Below are positions 19,509 to 29,519 of a stretch of DNA of 64,000 nt, in pieces. Within the stretch, counting starts at the first letter, position 1; every line of letters starts with the position of its first letter. Source of the DNA: a bacterium (GTDB lineage: Bacteria > Zhuqueibacterota > Zhuqueibacteria > Zhuqueibacterales > Zhuqueibacteraceae); contig JBIOXB010000086.1 of NCBI GenBank assembly GCA_044869275.1, forward strand, positions 46,633-110,632, given 5' to 3'. The notes below the pieces were generated by a model, which worked only from the letters and a program-made list of their open reading frames with translations, ran no database searches and had not been told where the DNA came from. The position numbers and the translations under genes were made by a program.

Positions 19509-20348
19509 ATGAAAGCTTCATGGTTGAATCGTGTGCTGGTCGCGGCTCTCATTCTGGCGCATGTGCTGTTGATTTCGTGCGATAAGAATCCCGCCACCCC
19601 CGAGCAAAAGGCGCCGGAGCTTCCGCCGGCGAGCTCGATGAACCTCGATTTGAGCGCGTTCAAAACCGCGGCCCATTTGGGAAAAGCCAGCGGCGGCGAG
19701 AGTGCCATCGGGCTGAATTTCGTCACGGCTTTTGGGGTGGTGACTCTGATCAATGCTTCGGTCACGCTGATCTTGAGTGTGCCGGCTTACGTTTTCGCCG
19801 CCGCCATGCAGCAACAGCCGGTGCTGGATGCGAGCGACGGCAAGTTCCATTGGATCTATTCCGTCACTGATAGCAGCGGCAATACACTCACAGCGGATTT
19901 GGCGGGGTGGGTCGATCAAGCGGGGCTCGAGTCCCGCTGGGAAATGCGCATCACCGCCACAGGCAACAATCCGCCGCTGAACAATTTTCTCTGGTTCGAA
20001 GGCCGCGCCAAGCTCGACAATTCTTCTGGCTATTGGGATTTTTATGACGGCGAGCAGCCGGCCACACCCACGAAGGCGCTGCACCTCGAATGGCAGATTC
20101 CGAGCGCGACGAAGGCGACGTTGCAGTTCACCGTAGTCGATCCAGATTCGCCTGACAACGGCGATCAATTGACTTACCGTGCCGACGGGGATTTGCGCTG
20201 GGTCACGCACTACGATCAGTCCGAAATCAAGATCGTCGAAATCTCCTGGAATGAAGTGAGCCACACCGGATACATTATCGCTCCCGGTTACAACAACGGC
20301 CAGAAATCTTGTTGGGATGCGTTATTGAACGACGTGGTTTGTCCGTAA
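19509..20348 (+). CDS. Hypothetical lipoprotein
   Basis: AGGAGG RBS; MKASWLNRVLVAALILAHVLLISC lipobox; beta-rich body. Confidence 0.7.
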   Translation: MKASWLNRVLVAALILAHVLLISCDKNPATPEQKAPELPPASSMNLDLSAFKTAAHLGKASGGESAIGLNFVTAFGVVTLINASVTLILSVPAYVFAAAMQQQPVLDASDGKFHWIYSVTDSSGNTLTADLAGWVDQAGLESRWEMRITATGNNPPLNNFLWFEGRAKLDNSSGYWDFYDGEQPATPTKALHLEWQIPSATKATLQFTVVDPDSPDNGDQLTYRADGDLRWVTHYDQSEIKIVEISWNEVSHTGYIIAPGYNNGQKSCWDALLNDVVCP

Positions 20349-20371
20349 ACCTGGCGTGTTGAATTGCTGTC

Positions 20372-20401
20372 AAGCCACGAGCAGACCTCGTGGCTTTTTT
20401 T
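20372..20401 (+). terminator. Rho-independent terminator
   Basis: AAGCCACGAG-cagac-CTCGTGGCTT stem followed by T-run, downstream of the lipoprotein gene. Confidence 0.8.
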
Positions 20402-20436
20402 ATTTGCCGGTGATCGCCGGGCAAAATGAATTTCTC

Positions 20437-20465
20437 TTGCTTCTTGCCGGCGATTGAATTATTCT
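20437..20465 (+). promoter_or_regulatory. Putative sigma70 promoter of the GlmU-like/kinase pair
   Basis: TTGCTT-17 bp-TATTCT. Confidence 0.35.
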
Positions 20466-20512
20466 CGTGCCGTGAGTTGGGCAGGTGGCTCGATTGAAAA
20501 TGACTGAACCGC

Positions 20513-21553
20513 ATGAGCTCTCGTGAAATCGCCGCCGTGATTCTGGCCGCGGGCAAAAGCACGCGCATGAAATCGGACATTTCCAAGCTGGTGCACCCTC
20601 TCCTGGGCAAACCGATCATCCGGCATGTGGTGGAGGCGTGCCGCGATGCGGGCATCGGCAGAATCATCATCGTTGTCGGGCATGAGGCAGAACAAATCCG
20701 CCGCGTGCTGGGCGAAGAAGTTGAATACGTCGAACAAAAAGAACTGCTCGGTACCGGCCACGCGCTCATGACCGCCGCGCCGCTCTTGCGGAATTTCACT
20801 GGAGACCTGCTGGTCACGGTCGGCGATGCGCCTTTGCTTTCTCCGGAATTCTGGCAAGAGTTGCTGGCCAGGCATCGCCACACGAACGCCGCCGCCACGT
20901 TCGCTGCAACGGTGTTTGAGCGCACGTTCCCTTACGGCCGGGTCTTGCGTGATGCCGAAGGCCACGTGCGCGCGGTGGTCGAAGCCTCCGATTGCACGCC
21001 CGAGCAACTCCAGCTTCGCGAGCTCTGCACCTCACAATACTGTTTCCGTGCCGAAATCGTTCTGCCGCTGCTGCGAGCAATGCAGCCCCATGCGCCGAAA
21101 GGCGAGTATTACTTGACCGACATCATCGGCATTCTCACGCAACACGGACATTCTGTGGAAGCTATGCCTCCGGCGGAGGCACGCATGGTTTTGGGCGTCA
21201 ATGATCGCCGGGACTTGATGGAAGCAACGGCCGACATGAAAGACCGCGTGCTCCAGCGCCATCTTGCCCAGGGGGTCACGATTGTCGATGCGGCCACCAC
21301 CTACATCGAATCCGAGGTTACGATCGGGCGCGAGACGATCATCCATCCGTTTTCGTATCTCTCCGGCCATACCACCATCGGGTCCCGCTGCCAACTCGGC
21401 CCGTTTATAGAGCTGCGCAATGCCAGAATCGCGGACGGCGTTCACCTCGCCTGGGTGAGCGTGCGCGACGATGAGATCATTCCCTCTTTCACGCCACAGC
21501 CTTTTCAAATGATCGCGCCATTGTCATTGAAAGATGAACATGCGATCGCATAG
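20513..21553 (+). CDS. GlmU-like sugar-1-phosphate nucleotidyltransferase with truncated hexapeptide domain
   Basis: VILAAGKSTRMKS..K.VHP, Q..LLGTGHA, GDAPLL, YGRVLR, GEYYLTD, GVNDR; only a few LbH repeats, 346 aa. Confidence 0.8.
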   Translation: MSSREIAAVILAAGKSTRMKSDISKLVHPLLGKPIIRHVVEACRDAGIGRIIIVVGHEAEQIRRVLGEEVEYVEQKELLGTGHALMTAAPLLRNFTGDLLVTVGDAPLLSPEFWQELLARHRHTNAAATFAATVFERTFPYGRVLRDAEGHVRAVVEASDCTPEQLQLRELCTSQYCFRAEIVLPLLRAMQPHAPKGEYYLTDIIGILTQHGHSVEAMPPAEARMVLGVNDRRDLMEATADMKDRVLQRHLAQGVTIVDAATTYIESEVTIGRETIIHPFSYLSGHTTIGSRCQLGPFIELRNARIADGVHLAWVSVRDDEIIPSFTPQPFQMIAPLSLKDEHAIA

Positions 21554-22649
21554 CATCGCCGTTTCATCGCCCGGACGCATTTGCCTGTTCGGTGAGCATC
21601 AGGACTATTTGGGATTGCCGGTGATCGCGGCGGCGATCGGCCTGCGCTTTCACATCTCGGCCGTGGCGCGCCGCGATTTGCGCTTTTGCATTCGTCTTCA
21701 CGACCTCGCTCAGGACGTCGAATTTATTGGGAACCAGCGCTTGCCATACATGCAGGCGCGCGATTATTTTCGCAGCGGCTTCAATGTAATCTGGGATCGC
21801 GGTTTTCGCCCGCCACACGGTTGGGATCTCTCGGTGGGCAGTGCCATTCCGATGAATGCCGGCGCCTCGAGCTCTTCGGCACTCACGGCAGCATGGATCA
21901 AATTTCTTTTGATAGCAGCCGGCGATTCGTCACAAGATGATCCTGGCGCGATTGCGCGTCTGGCCTATCAGGCCGAGGTCTCGGAATTCAACGAACCTGG
22001 CGGGATGATGGATCATTTTGCCACCGTTTTCGGCCACGTCATTTATCTGGACTTTGATCGTAACGAAGTGCAAGCGCTGCAGCCGGAATTGGGCACTTTC
22101 GTGCTGGGCGATTCGAAGCAACCCAAAGATACGATGGGAATCCTGGCTGCGTTGCGCACCACCGCACAGGAAGCGATGACGATGATGCGCGGCCTTCATC
22201 CGGATTTTGACTTGCGCACGACCCCGCAGAAAGAAATTCAGCCATACTATGCGCAGCTGCCCGCGCGGCATGCCGAAGTTCTGCGCGCGAACATGATCGA
22301 CCGCGATTTGTTGCAAAAGGCGCGACAGGTGCTGGCGCAGTCTCCCATGAATCATGAACACCTTGGCGCATTGCTGACGGAGCACCACGAGCAACTCAGC
22401 CGCCGCAAGCGCGTGTCCACACCGAAAATCGATCGCATGCTTGAGGCTGCTTTGCAGGCTGGCGCGCTGGGAGGGAAGATCAACGGTTCGGGAGGAGGAG
22501 GCTGCATGTTTGCTTACGCGCCAGGCAACGCGGAAGCCGTCGCCGAAGCCCTCGCAGCTGTGGGAGGCATGCCCTATGTTTTAGAAATTGATGAGGGAAC
22601 CCGGCGGGAGAATGAACTCGAGTTGAAGAGGAAGGGAAACGGTGTTTAG
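21534..22649 (+). CDS. GHMP-family sugar kinase (galactokinase-like)
   Basis: PGRICLFGEHQDY, IPMNAGASSSSA, GMMDH, GGKINGSGGGGC. Confidence 0.85.
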   Translation: MNMRSHSIAVSSPGRICLFGEHQDYLGLPVIAAAIGLRFHISAVARRDLRFCIRLHDLAQDVEFIGNQRLPYMQARDYFRSGFNVIWDRGFRPPHGWDLSVGSAIPMNAGASSSSALTAAWIKFLLIAAGDSSQDDPGAIARLAYQAEVSEFNEPGGMMDHFATVFGHVIYLDFDRNEVQALQPELGTFVLGDSKQPKDTMGILAALRTTAQEAMTMMRGLHPDFDLRTTPQKEIQPYYAQLPARHAEVLRANMIDRDLLQKARQVLAQSPMNHEHLGALLTEHHEQLSRRKRVSTPKIDRMLEAALQAGALGGKINGSGGGGCMFAYAPGNAEAVAEALAAVGGMPYVLEIDEGTRRENELELKRKGNGV

Positions 22650-22651
22650 GA

Positions 22652-23179
22652 CTAGGCGAATGCCGGGTTTACACCCTTCCAATAATTGGCCCGCGCAGAC
22701 GCGATTTTAAACCAGATGGTGTATTCGCGCGGAGCCGCTTGCACTTCTTGCCACAGACGCGCCAGGTCAATCCAGCGATAATCCGCAACTTCCTCGGGAT
22801 CTGGAGCAATCACTCCCTGATATCGGCCGATAAACACGTGGTCAAATTCATGTTCGATTAAGCCCTCTTCGAGGTGAGCGCGATAGATGAAGTGGAATGC
22901 CTTTTGCAGACGGCAAGCAAAGCCCATTTCCTCCTGCAAGCGGCGGGCGGTGGCTTGTTCCACGGCCTCACCCGGGCGCGGATGGCTGCAGCAGGTGTTC
23001 GTCCATAAACTGCGCGAGTGATATTTTTGCAGTGACCTTTTTTGCAGCAACATCTCGCCTTTGTCATTGAAAACGAATATCGAAAAGGCGCGATGCAACT
23101 TGCCTTCACGATGCGCTTTCATTTTTTCCTCTGCGCCAATCGCGCGATCTAGGCGATCCACCAGCGTGATCATCTCCAT
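22652..23179 (-). CDS. idi: Isopentenyl-diphosphate delta-isomerase type 1
   Basis: LHRAFSIFVF, LLQKR, WTNTCCSHP, EHEFDHVF. Confidence 0.95.
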   Translation of the reverse strand: MEMITLVDRLDRAIGAEEKMKAHREGKLHRAFSIFVFNDKGEMLLQKRSLQKYHSRSLWTNTCCSHPRPGEAVEQATARRLQEEMGFACRLQKAFHFIYRAHLEEGLIEHEFDHVFIGRYQGVIAPDPEEVADYRWIDLARLWQEVQAAPREYTIWFKIASARANYWKGVNPAFA

Positions 23180-23213
23180 GGGCTCAGCTCCGCGACTTTA
23201 GCGTTCTGGCACT

Positions 23214-24683
23214 CTAAACCTCACAGCTTTCCACCCAAGCCTGGTAGGCCGGAAAATTGATTTTGCGTTTGGTATTGCCCGAGGTCATGTAACGCACCAA
23301 CCCGAGCACCGGGCGTTGCGGGCCCCAGGCGCGATCGTGCTTGCCGAAGCACCACAGAATACCGGTGTAGGTGTTGGGATTGCGGCCGTCGAGCGCGTAA
23401 CGGTGATGCAAGCGAATCATCGTGTGCAGCGCTTGCTCCGGCGCAGCGCTCCATTCGATGATTTTTTTGCCCCAGAGCATGCGCATGTAGCCGTGAATCT
23501 TGCCCGTGGCCAGCAGCTCACGCTGCGCTAAGTTCCAAACCTCATCGTGCGTGTCCGCGTTTTCGAGCTCTTCCGAAGTATAAACATACGGGTGCGCATC
23601 GTTTTCGTGCGAGTGTAAAGTCTGGCGCGCCCACGCCGGCAGGGCCGCCAGCGTGGCATGTTTGGGATTGAAATGGCAAAAGTTGTAGGACAATTCCCGC
23701 CGTACGATATGTTCCTCCAAGAAGGCGTCGATGCACTCCGCTGGCGCTTCGGCGTGCAATACCGCCAGCGCCACTTCCATGGCGCCGAGGTGGCCAAAAT
23801 GCAAATAGGGTGAAAGCTCGCTGGTCCAATGTTCGCCTGCCAGGTTCCGGCCCTGCGCATAGTTCGGCAAGCGCCGCTCGATAAATGTGCCCAGCCGCTT
23901 CAACGCCGCGTTTCTTCCGCCCTGGAAATGGCGCGAGGGTGTAACGGAATGATCGATACTGGCTCTGGCAAGCATGGTTGAAATATGCGCCTGCTGTAGC
24001 AGCGTTTCTTCACGCAGAGGCAGAGGCAGATGCAGGGATTTGATTTTGGGCGCGAGCTCTTTGATCGGCCACAAATACGCCGGCAGCAAGTGGTGAATTT
24101 TCGGCCGGATCGTGCGCGCGGCATATTCTTCATGCGTCAATTCACGCAGCGGTACGATGCCGTTGGCATCGACGGCGTAAACCGGGCAATCGACCTGGGT
24201 GACGATCGCGCGATTGTGCTGCGGCACCACAAAGGTCGGGAAGTCATCGGTGACCAACAGCGCAGCTTCTCCGGCCAATTGCGCCACTGCCCGGCGATTG
24301 CCGGTGTGTGCCTCCGGCATCATGTAGAAGCAGTACCGCAGACCTCGTTTTTGAAATTCTTGAAAATTGTCGAGCGCGCCTTCGAGAATGAATTGATGAA
24401 TGCGATTATTCGCCTGGTCATAATCCGGGCGCAAGCCCTCGTAAACCACCACCGGCAATCCCAAGGCATTCGCCTGCGCGATGGCAAAATTCAAAGCCTG
24501 ATTTTGGCGGGCGCGGCGGTGTATCTGCATCCAATATAAAACATACCGGCCCGCTTTGCGGATCTGGCCCTCACGCAAGAGCACGATTCTTTTTTGCGAT
24601 GCGTCAAAATCCTGTTCGCGGCCCGGAGGCGGGATCGGCTCAGAACGCTGGCGCAAAAATTTGAGATCGAGCTTGATCGTCAT
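23214..24683 (-). CDS. phrB: Class II CPD photolyase
   Basis: YVLYWMQ..RR..N.AL, EYAARTIRPKI, SELSPYLHFG, GYMRMLWGKKIIEW, DGRNPN. Confidence 0.9.
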   Translation of the reverse strand: MTIKLDLKFLRQRSEPIPPPGREQDFDASQKRIVLLREGQIRKAGRYVLYWMQIHRRARQNQALNFAIAQANALGLPVVVYEGLRPDYDQANNRIHQFILEGALDNFQEFQKRGLRYCFYMMPEAHTGNRRAVAQLAGEAALLVTDDFPTFVVPQHNRAIVTQVDCPVYAVDANGIVPLRELTHEEYAARTIRPKIHHLLPAYLWPIKELAPKIKSLHLPLPLREETLLQQAHISTMLARASIDHSVTPSRHFQGGRNAALKRLGTFIERRLPNYAQGRNLAGEHWTSELSPYLHFGHLGAMEVALAVLHAEAPAECIDAFLEEHIVRRELSYNFCHFNPKHATLAALPAWARQTLHSHENDAHPYVYTSEELENADTHDEVWNLAQRELLATGKIHGYMRMLWGKKIIEWSAAPEQALHTMIRLHHRYALDGRNPNTYTGILWCFGKHDRAWGPQRPVLGLVRYMTSGNTKRKINFPAYQAWVESCEV

Positions 24684-24695
24684 ACGGCTCGGGGA

Positions 24696-25673
24696 TCACA
24701 CATGGTTGAGCAGCATCAATTCCTTGGGATGCGGATTCAAATAGACCTGATCGTGCAGATAGGGAAGCTCGAAGCGATGAAGATGATGCTTGATCAAAGT
24801 GACCGGCACGATCAGCGGCACCAGGCCTCTGTGATAATCGCTGATGAGCGCGTGCAGCTCCCGCTTGTCGTTGGCATGCAAGCCGGCTTTAAAATAACCC
24901 GCAATATGCATGAGCACATTGGTGTGCTTGCGCGTCGTAGCTTGGTGGCGCAAGGCGGCAAAAAAAAGATCGGCGTATTTTTCCAACAGTTCTTTGGCGG
25001 GAAGCTTTTTCGCCGCGGCCACTAATTTTCCCAAAGCCCGCACGTGCGTCTCGCTGTGCGCCATCAACAACAGCTTGTGGCGTGCGTGAAAATCGACGAG
25101 GCCGTTCAAGCGAAACGGCTTTTGCAGGAGCTCCCGCCAGCGCTGGTGCGAAAAAACGCGCACGATGAAGCCGGCGCGCAAACGCGGATCGTGCAAGCGC
25201 CCTTCATCCTCCACCGGCAAATGCGGCATTTTTTCCATGAGCACTGCCGCGAATATCCCCACGCCGGTTTTGCTCGGCGCACCGCCGTCGTGATAAACTT
25301 TCACGCGCTCCATGCCGCAACTGGGCGAGTCCTTTTTCAGGATGTATCCGTTCAAATCGTAATGTTGCAGTTGCTCCACCTTGGCCTGCGCGTAGCTTTT
25401 CATGCGGCGGGTGTGATCGATATTGGTTTTGGCCGTCACCAAGCGCAGTCCCGAAATGTCGGAGCTGCCCACCAAACGCAATGGCTCCCGCGGCGTGCCC
25501 AAACCGATCTCAACTTCCGGGCAAACCGCGACCCATTCAACGAAAGCGGCCAAGGCACCGGTGAGATAGGCATCTTTTTTGTGCCCGCCATCGAAGCGGA
25601 CGCTCTCGCCAAGCAAACAAGTGCTGATGCCGATGCGAATTTTTTGAGAAGTCGTGCGCATGAGGTTTTTCAT
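24696..25673 (-). CDS. ybgA: DUF523+DUF1722 (YbgA-like) protein
   Basis: GISTCLLGESVRFDGGHK, CPEVEIGLGTPR, KKDSPSCGMERVKVY, FHARHK, YLNPHPKEL. Confidence 0.9.
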   Translation of the reverse strand: MKNLMRTTSQKIRIGISTCLLGESVRFDGGHKKDAYLTGALAAFVEWVAVCPEVEIGLGTPREPLRLVGSSDISGLRLVTAKTNIDHTRRMKSYAQAKVEQLQHYDLNGYILKKDSPSCGMERVKVYHDGGAPSKTGVGIFAAVLMEKMPHLPVEDEGRLHDPRLRAGFIVRVFSHQRWRELLQKPFRLNGLVDFHARHKLLLMAHSETHVRALGKLVAAAKKLPAKELLEKYADLFFAALRHQATTRKHTNVLMHIAGYFKAGLHANDKRELHALISDYHRGLVPLIVPVTLIKHHLHRFELPYLHDQVYLNPHPKELMLLNHV

Positions 25674-25976
25674 TGATCAGGTTGTGCTTTGGTCGCCCTC
25701 GAGGCTTTTCTTACGCTGGGCAATTTCCACCAGGACACATAAGGAAACTCGTGATGCTCCCAATGATAACCGAAATGATAGCAGGACAAGCAAAGTCTGC
25801 AGCAGCATCGCCATGGGGATGACGATAGCGTTGCCGCTTTCCAGGTCGAGAGACAAACCGGCCCACAAACAACAAAGCCACAGCGCGAGGATCGCCGCGC
25901 CGAGGGCGAAGCCCTGATAAGAATAATCGAGGCTCCGGCGAAATTTCCAATGCAAATTTTTCATAGGCGGCGTCAT
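25670..25976 (-). pseudogene. crtW: Beta-carotene ketolase / fatty-acid desaturase remnant with large internal deletion
   Basis: N-terminal GFALGAAILALW...MLLQT joined out of frame to C-terminal LSCYHFGYHWEHHEFPYVSWWKLP; its stop overlaps the ybgA start. Confidence 0.75.
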
Positions 25977-26199
25977 TCGCGCTGGGTGCCAATCTAAGCA
26001 AAACGATCCAGGTGTGCAAGCAGATGTTGGCCGGAGCTGTACTGCCCCGCTCCATGGGGCCGTGCCGGCGTCTCGCTTGCGGTCACGATGGTTGCGCTGC
26101 TTTTCTCAATAGGCAGCTGAGGCATGGCCCGGCACTCAAGAGAGCATGACCAGAACGAAATAGCCCATTTGTGCCAGATAGGCATGCGTTGCGACGGGC

Positions 26200-26590
26200 G
26201 GCAATTTTTTCGGAAAAACTTGCAGGCGCGCGCCGGTAAATGCTTTCCGAGTACGACAAGAATTTCTAATAGACTTCAGCATCGCCGGCAGATAGCCTCG
26301 CCATTTCGGTTTTCATCTTTTGCACGTTCATGCTGGTATCGAGTCTCGTGCCGTCGGGGAAAAAATAGCGGCAGACCGGGCCGAGCGGCACGATTTGCAG
26401 AAATTCCCGCCAAGAATGGCCGGCAAATGCAAACAGCTCTTCGCTGACGAACGGTATCGTCAATAATGACGGTCCGGTATCGCAGCGATACTCTCCCAGC
26501 CGTACTTCATCCAGCTTGCCGCCGATAGTTTCGTTTTTTTCGAACACGGTTACTTCGAAGCCCATGCGCGCCAGGCGAATCGCGCCGGTG
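26200..26590 (-). pseudogene. Phytoene/carotenoid desaturase (CrtI/CrtD family) fragment
   Basis: AIRLARMGFEVTVFEKN..IGGK..DTGPSLLT.P..CRYFFPDG; GxGxxG start missing, in-frame TAG at 26266-26268, C-terminal majority absent. Confidence 0.75.
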
Positions 26591-27616
26591 CGGCCGCACC
26601 GGATCGAATACTTCTTCTTTCCCGTGGCTCTCCACTTTGAATGGTTTGGTAATGTAATGATCGCGATGGGCGTTATGCAAGCACATCGACAACGGTCCGT
26701 CGGGCGTCATCACCATGAACGAGCAGTTGTCGATGCGCTCCGGGTCGAGGCAATCGGCGTGCATGAAATTGTGAATCATGAAGCTGAGCTTGTGCGCTTT
26801 GAACCCACTGCGCAGCAAATCCCACTTCATGCGCCACAAGTGCCGCGCCAAAAAGGGAAGGCCTTGCGCCAAAATGCCGGAATGCTTGAGAACGTGCCGC
26901 GCCACTTGCCGGACGGCTTTTTTCGGATTGCCGCGATCCAGGCCCAGACCCTCGAACTGCTCGTACAATTTATTGATGATCCCGGGATCCCACCACAAAT
27001 CGTAAGCATGGTTATGGCACACAAAGGCGTAGCCGATGCGATTGCAGGAGGGATGGCCGAGATCCACCACGTCGAAGCTGATCTTGCGCCCGATGGTTTC
27101 GTTGATGATGCGAATGATGTTGCGCGGCTCGATGGCCTCCGGCCGGCCGTGCAGAATACCGCGGCCAGTGTCGGCTTGCAATTGAAAGCTGCACATGCCC
27201 ACGACCTCCGCGTGCCGGATGAAAAATTTCACCAGCATCGGCAGCTCGTGAAAATTCGTGGCGCACAAAGTCGTGTTGAAAATCACGGCGAGCCCCAGGC
27301 CGCGCACGCGCTCGAGGTATTCTTCGCGAATCACGTTCAATTCCTGTTCCGAAGCATACTGCCGCTTGCTCTTGTCTCTCAAATTCTGCGTCATGTCAAC
27401 GTGAAACGCGACGTCGCGCAAACCGGCATGCGCGAGTTTTGTCAACAATTCCCGCGTGGCTTTGATGCCGTTGGTGAGTAGTGCGGGTTGCAGGGTGAGG
27501 GAGGTACAATACAGCCTTTGCCAGGTTCGCGCCTGCGCCTCTTTTGCGCTGGGGAGGTGGCGGCCATTGTGGTTCGCGGGTAACACCGGCAGCCTTCGGG
27601 TCGGTGACAGGGACAT
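26507..27616 (-). pseudogene. Radical SAM protein lacking its CxxxCxxC motif, with 3' end running into the desaturase fragment
   Basis: AGGAGG RBS; LLTNGI, VAFHVD, VIFNTT, SFQLQADTGRG, GHPSC, HNFM..LD.ERI..CSFMV typical of a MoaA-like rSAM core; no CX3CX2C. Confidence 0.6.
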
Positions 27617-27662
27617 GGTTCCTCCTTGTGAGGTTTCAAGCTCCCGACGCATTGCACGGCAC

Positions 27663-27692
27663 ACGTGTAACGTTAGACGTGTAACGTGTAAG
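27663..27692. repeat. Heptamer tandem repeat (ACGTGTA)
   Basis: acgtgta acgttag acgtgta acgtgta. Confidence 0.6.
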
Positions 27693-27721
27693 GCATAGTC
27701 AACTTCACCGGGTGGCTTGGA

Positions 27722-28498
27722 TCAGGGTTTTGCCTGTGCTTTCTTCCAATACATTTCCGCCAGTTTTTGCGGTGGCACGCCGAGAGCATAGAGAAATTGC
27801 AGATACAAGTTTTGACAGGTGCGCCACAGGTAGCCGTCTTGCTCGAAGCGGCGCGCGGAAGTGTAGACTGGAAAGTTCAGAACGGCAAAACCTTCGAGCT
27901 TGTTCAAGCGCCGCACCAGCTCGAGGTCTTCCATTACGGGATAATCGTCGCGATAGCCACCCATTTCTTCGAACACCTTTCGCTTCACGAAAATCGCTTG
28001 ATCGCCATAAGGCAGCTTCAAGACACGGCTGCGCAGGCTGACATAAAGCTCAAGATAACGGTAAACCCAGCGGGAATGATCGGCACGAAAGGCAAAAGCG
28101 CCAGCAACCAGTTGTGAATGCGCTCGCACCATGCGAAGAAAGCTGTGAAAGGAGGCCGGGGGCAATGCCGTGTCGGCGTGCAGAAAGATGAGCCAATCCC
28201 CGTTCGCGCATTTTGCCCCGGCATTCATTTGTCTAGCGCGACCGCAAGGCGCGCGCACCAATCGAATTTTCCCGTCACGATGGCAATGACTTTCGATGGC
28301 GGGTGCAGTGCCATCGCAACTGCCGCCGTCGGCGAAGATGATTTCAGCCTCGGGCAAGCGGCGCAATGATTGGGCGAGGCCGCAGATATTGGCGGCTTCG
28401 TTGAGTGTTGGAATGATGATGGAGACGGACACCGGCCGCCGGGGCCGGGTGTTCAAGTGGTCTTCAAATTCGGAAACCAGAGTCGCAGCCACTGGCAT
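27722..28498 (-). CDS. GT2 glycosyltransferase (TIGR04283-like)
   Basis: SIIIPTLNEA, DGGS.D.T, GRARQMNAGA, FLHADT, YGDQAIFV, MEDLEL, TSARRF. Confidence 0.88.
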   Translation of the reverse strand: MPVAATLVSEFEDHLNTRPRRPVSVSIIIPTLNEAANICGLAQSLRRLPEAEIIFADGGSCDGTAPAIESHCHRDGKIRLVRAPCGRARQMNAGAKCANGDWLIFLHADTALPPASFHSFLRMVRAHSQLVAGAFAFRADHSRWVYRYLELYVSLRSRVLKLPYGDQAIFVKRKVFEEMGGYRDDYPVMEDLELVRRLNKLEGFAVLNFPVYTSARRFEQDGYLWRTCQNLYLQFLYALGVPPQKLAEMYWKKAQAKP

Positions 28499-28582
28499 GC
28501 AGTGTCCTCCTAACCGGCAATGCGAATTGGAGCGAGGCTTTGCTATGGTCTGGTCAGCTTGAAGCGGCGGAGAGGGCCGCGG

Positions 28583-29392
28583 TTATTCGTTGAGGTCCCA
28601 GTCGTAATCGGTATGCTTGACTTTGAGCGTGGCCGCGTTCGCCAGCAGTTTTTGCGCTTGCTCTTCGGGTAAGTACTTGGCGATGAAATCCAATTCGCTT
28701 CTGCTGTTCTGGCGGAAATCATCTTTGAACCAATCGAAGATTTTTGAAATGTAAATTTCATTCTTCTCGAAATCGAAGCGGTTCTTCTCGGTTTGTTTCA
28801 TGAAGAGCCGGCCTTGCTCGTCCAACTGCTCGTTCAAACGATCGGCGGTAAATGCTTCGGAACGCAGTGGCGGGCAGCTTTTCGCACCGCACACCAGCGC
28901 GAAGTGAATGCGCGCATCACCCATCGGGCGGATGATGTCGTTCTCAATATCGTTCAACGAATATTTCTGGCCGTTGATCTCAATGAATTTGTTTTTGAAG
29001 GTGCCGCCACCGGTGGCGTAGGAGAGTTTATTCATCAAGCTTTTGATGGGATATTTATTGAGCACGTACTGAATCGTGAAGGCATTGTAGGCATTGATCC
29101 AGAACGCCAATTTCTCGTTGCCCGAGAGCGCGGCGGGATTTGTTCCTTGCAGAAACGCGAGGTATTGTGGAAAGCGCGCGTCGGTTTTAATCGCCTTGTA
29201 ATCGACCACGCCATTTTTCACGTGATCCGCCAGCACTTGCGTGAATAACGCATGCGCCACGCCGTTGGGCGAAACCCGCGGCAGCGCAGCGTGGCCGGCG
29301 CAGATGAGCATTCCTGAAATGACCCCAAACGTGAGCAGCCCAGAAATTTTTCTTATGCCCCTGGCGATAGGAAACAATAGTGGCAGTTGCAT
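28583..29392 (-). CDS. DUF547 domain protein, secreted
   Basis: VDYKAIK, LAFWINAYNAFT, SLNDIEN..IR, RIHFALVCGAKSCPPL, SKIFDWF..DF, YDWDLNE. Confidence 0.9.
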   Translation of the reverse strand: MQLPLLFPIARGIRKISGLLTFGVISGMLICAGHAALPRVSPNGVAHALFTQVLADHVKNGVVDYKAIKTDARFPQYLAFLQGTNPAALSGNEKLAFWINAYNAFTIQYVLNKYPIKSLMNKLSYATGGGTFKNKFIEINGQKYSLNDIENDIIRPMGDARIHFALVCGAKSCPPLRSEAFTADRLNEQLDEQGRLFMKQTEKNRFDFEKNEIYISKIFDWFKDDFRQNSRSELDFIAKYLPEEQAQKLLANAATLKVKHTDYDWDLNE

Positions 29393-29455
29393 GACAATTC
29401 CTCTTCGCGCAAGAACCATTTTGTAACAAATCAACTCCTATTTCATGTATGCAGA

Positions 29456-29519
29456 TTGAACGAATTAAGCGGATTTCAAAAACCTGTTTTTTCAGGATCA
29501 CAATCCGTTCAATCCGCTT
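29456..29519. repeat. Inverted nonamer array
   Basis: gattgaacg aattaagcg gattt // aatccgttc aatccgctt; related units (tcatccgct tcatccgcc aaatccgtc) recur at ~54590-54620. Confidence 0.5.

Noticed and set aside
26507..29392. Functional arsenosugar biosynthesis cluster
   Set aside because: No ArsM, ArsS-type radical SAM or partner glycosyltransferase; the rSAM lacks its cluster-binding cysteines
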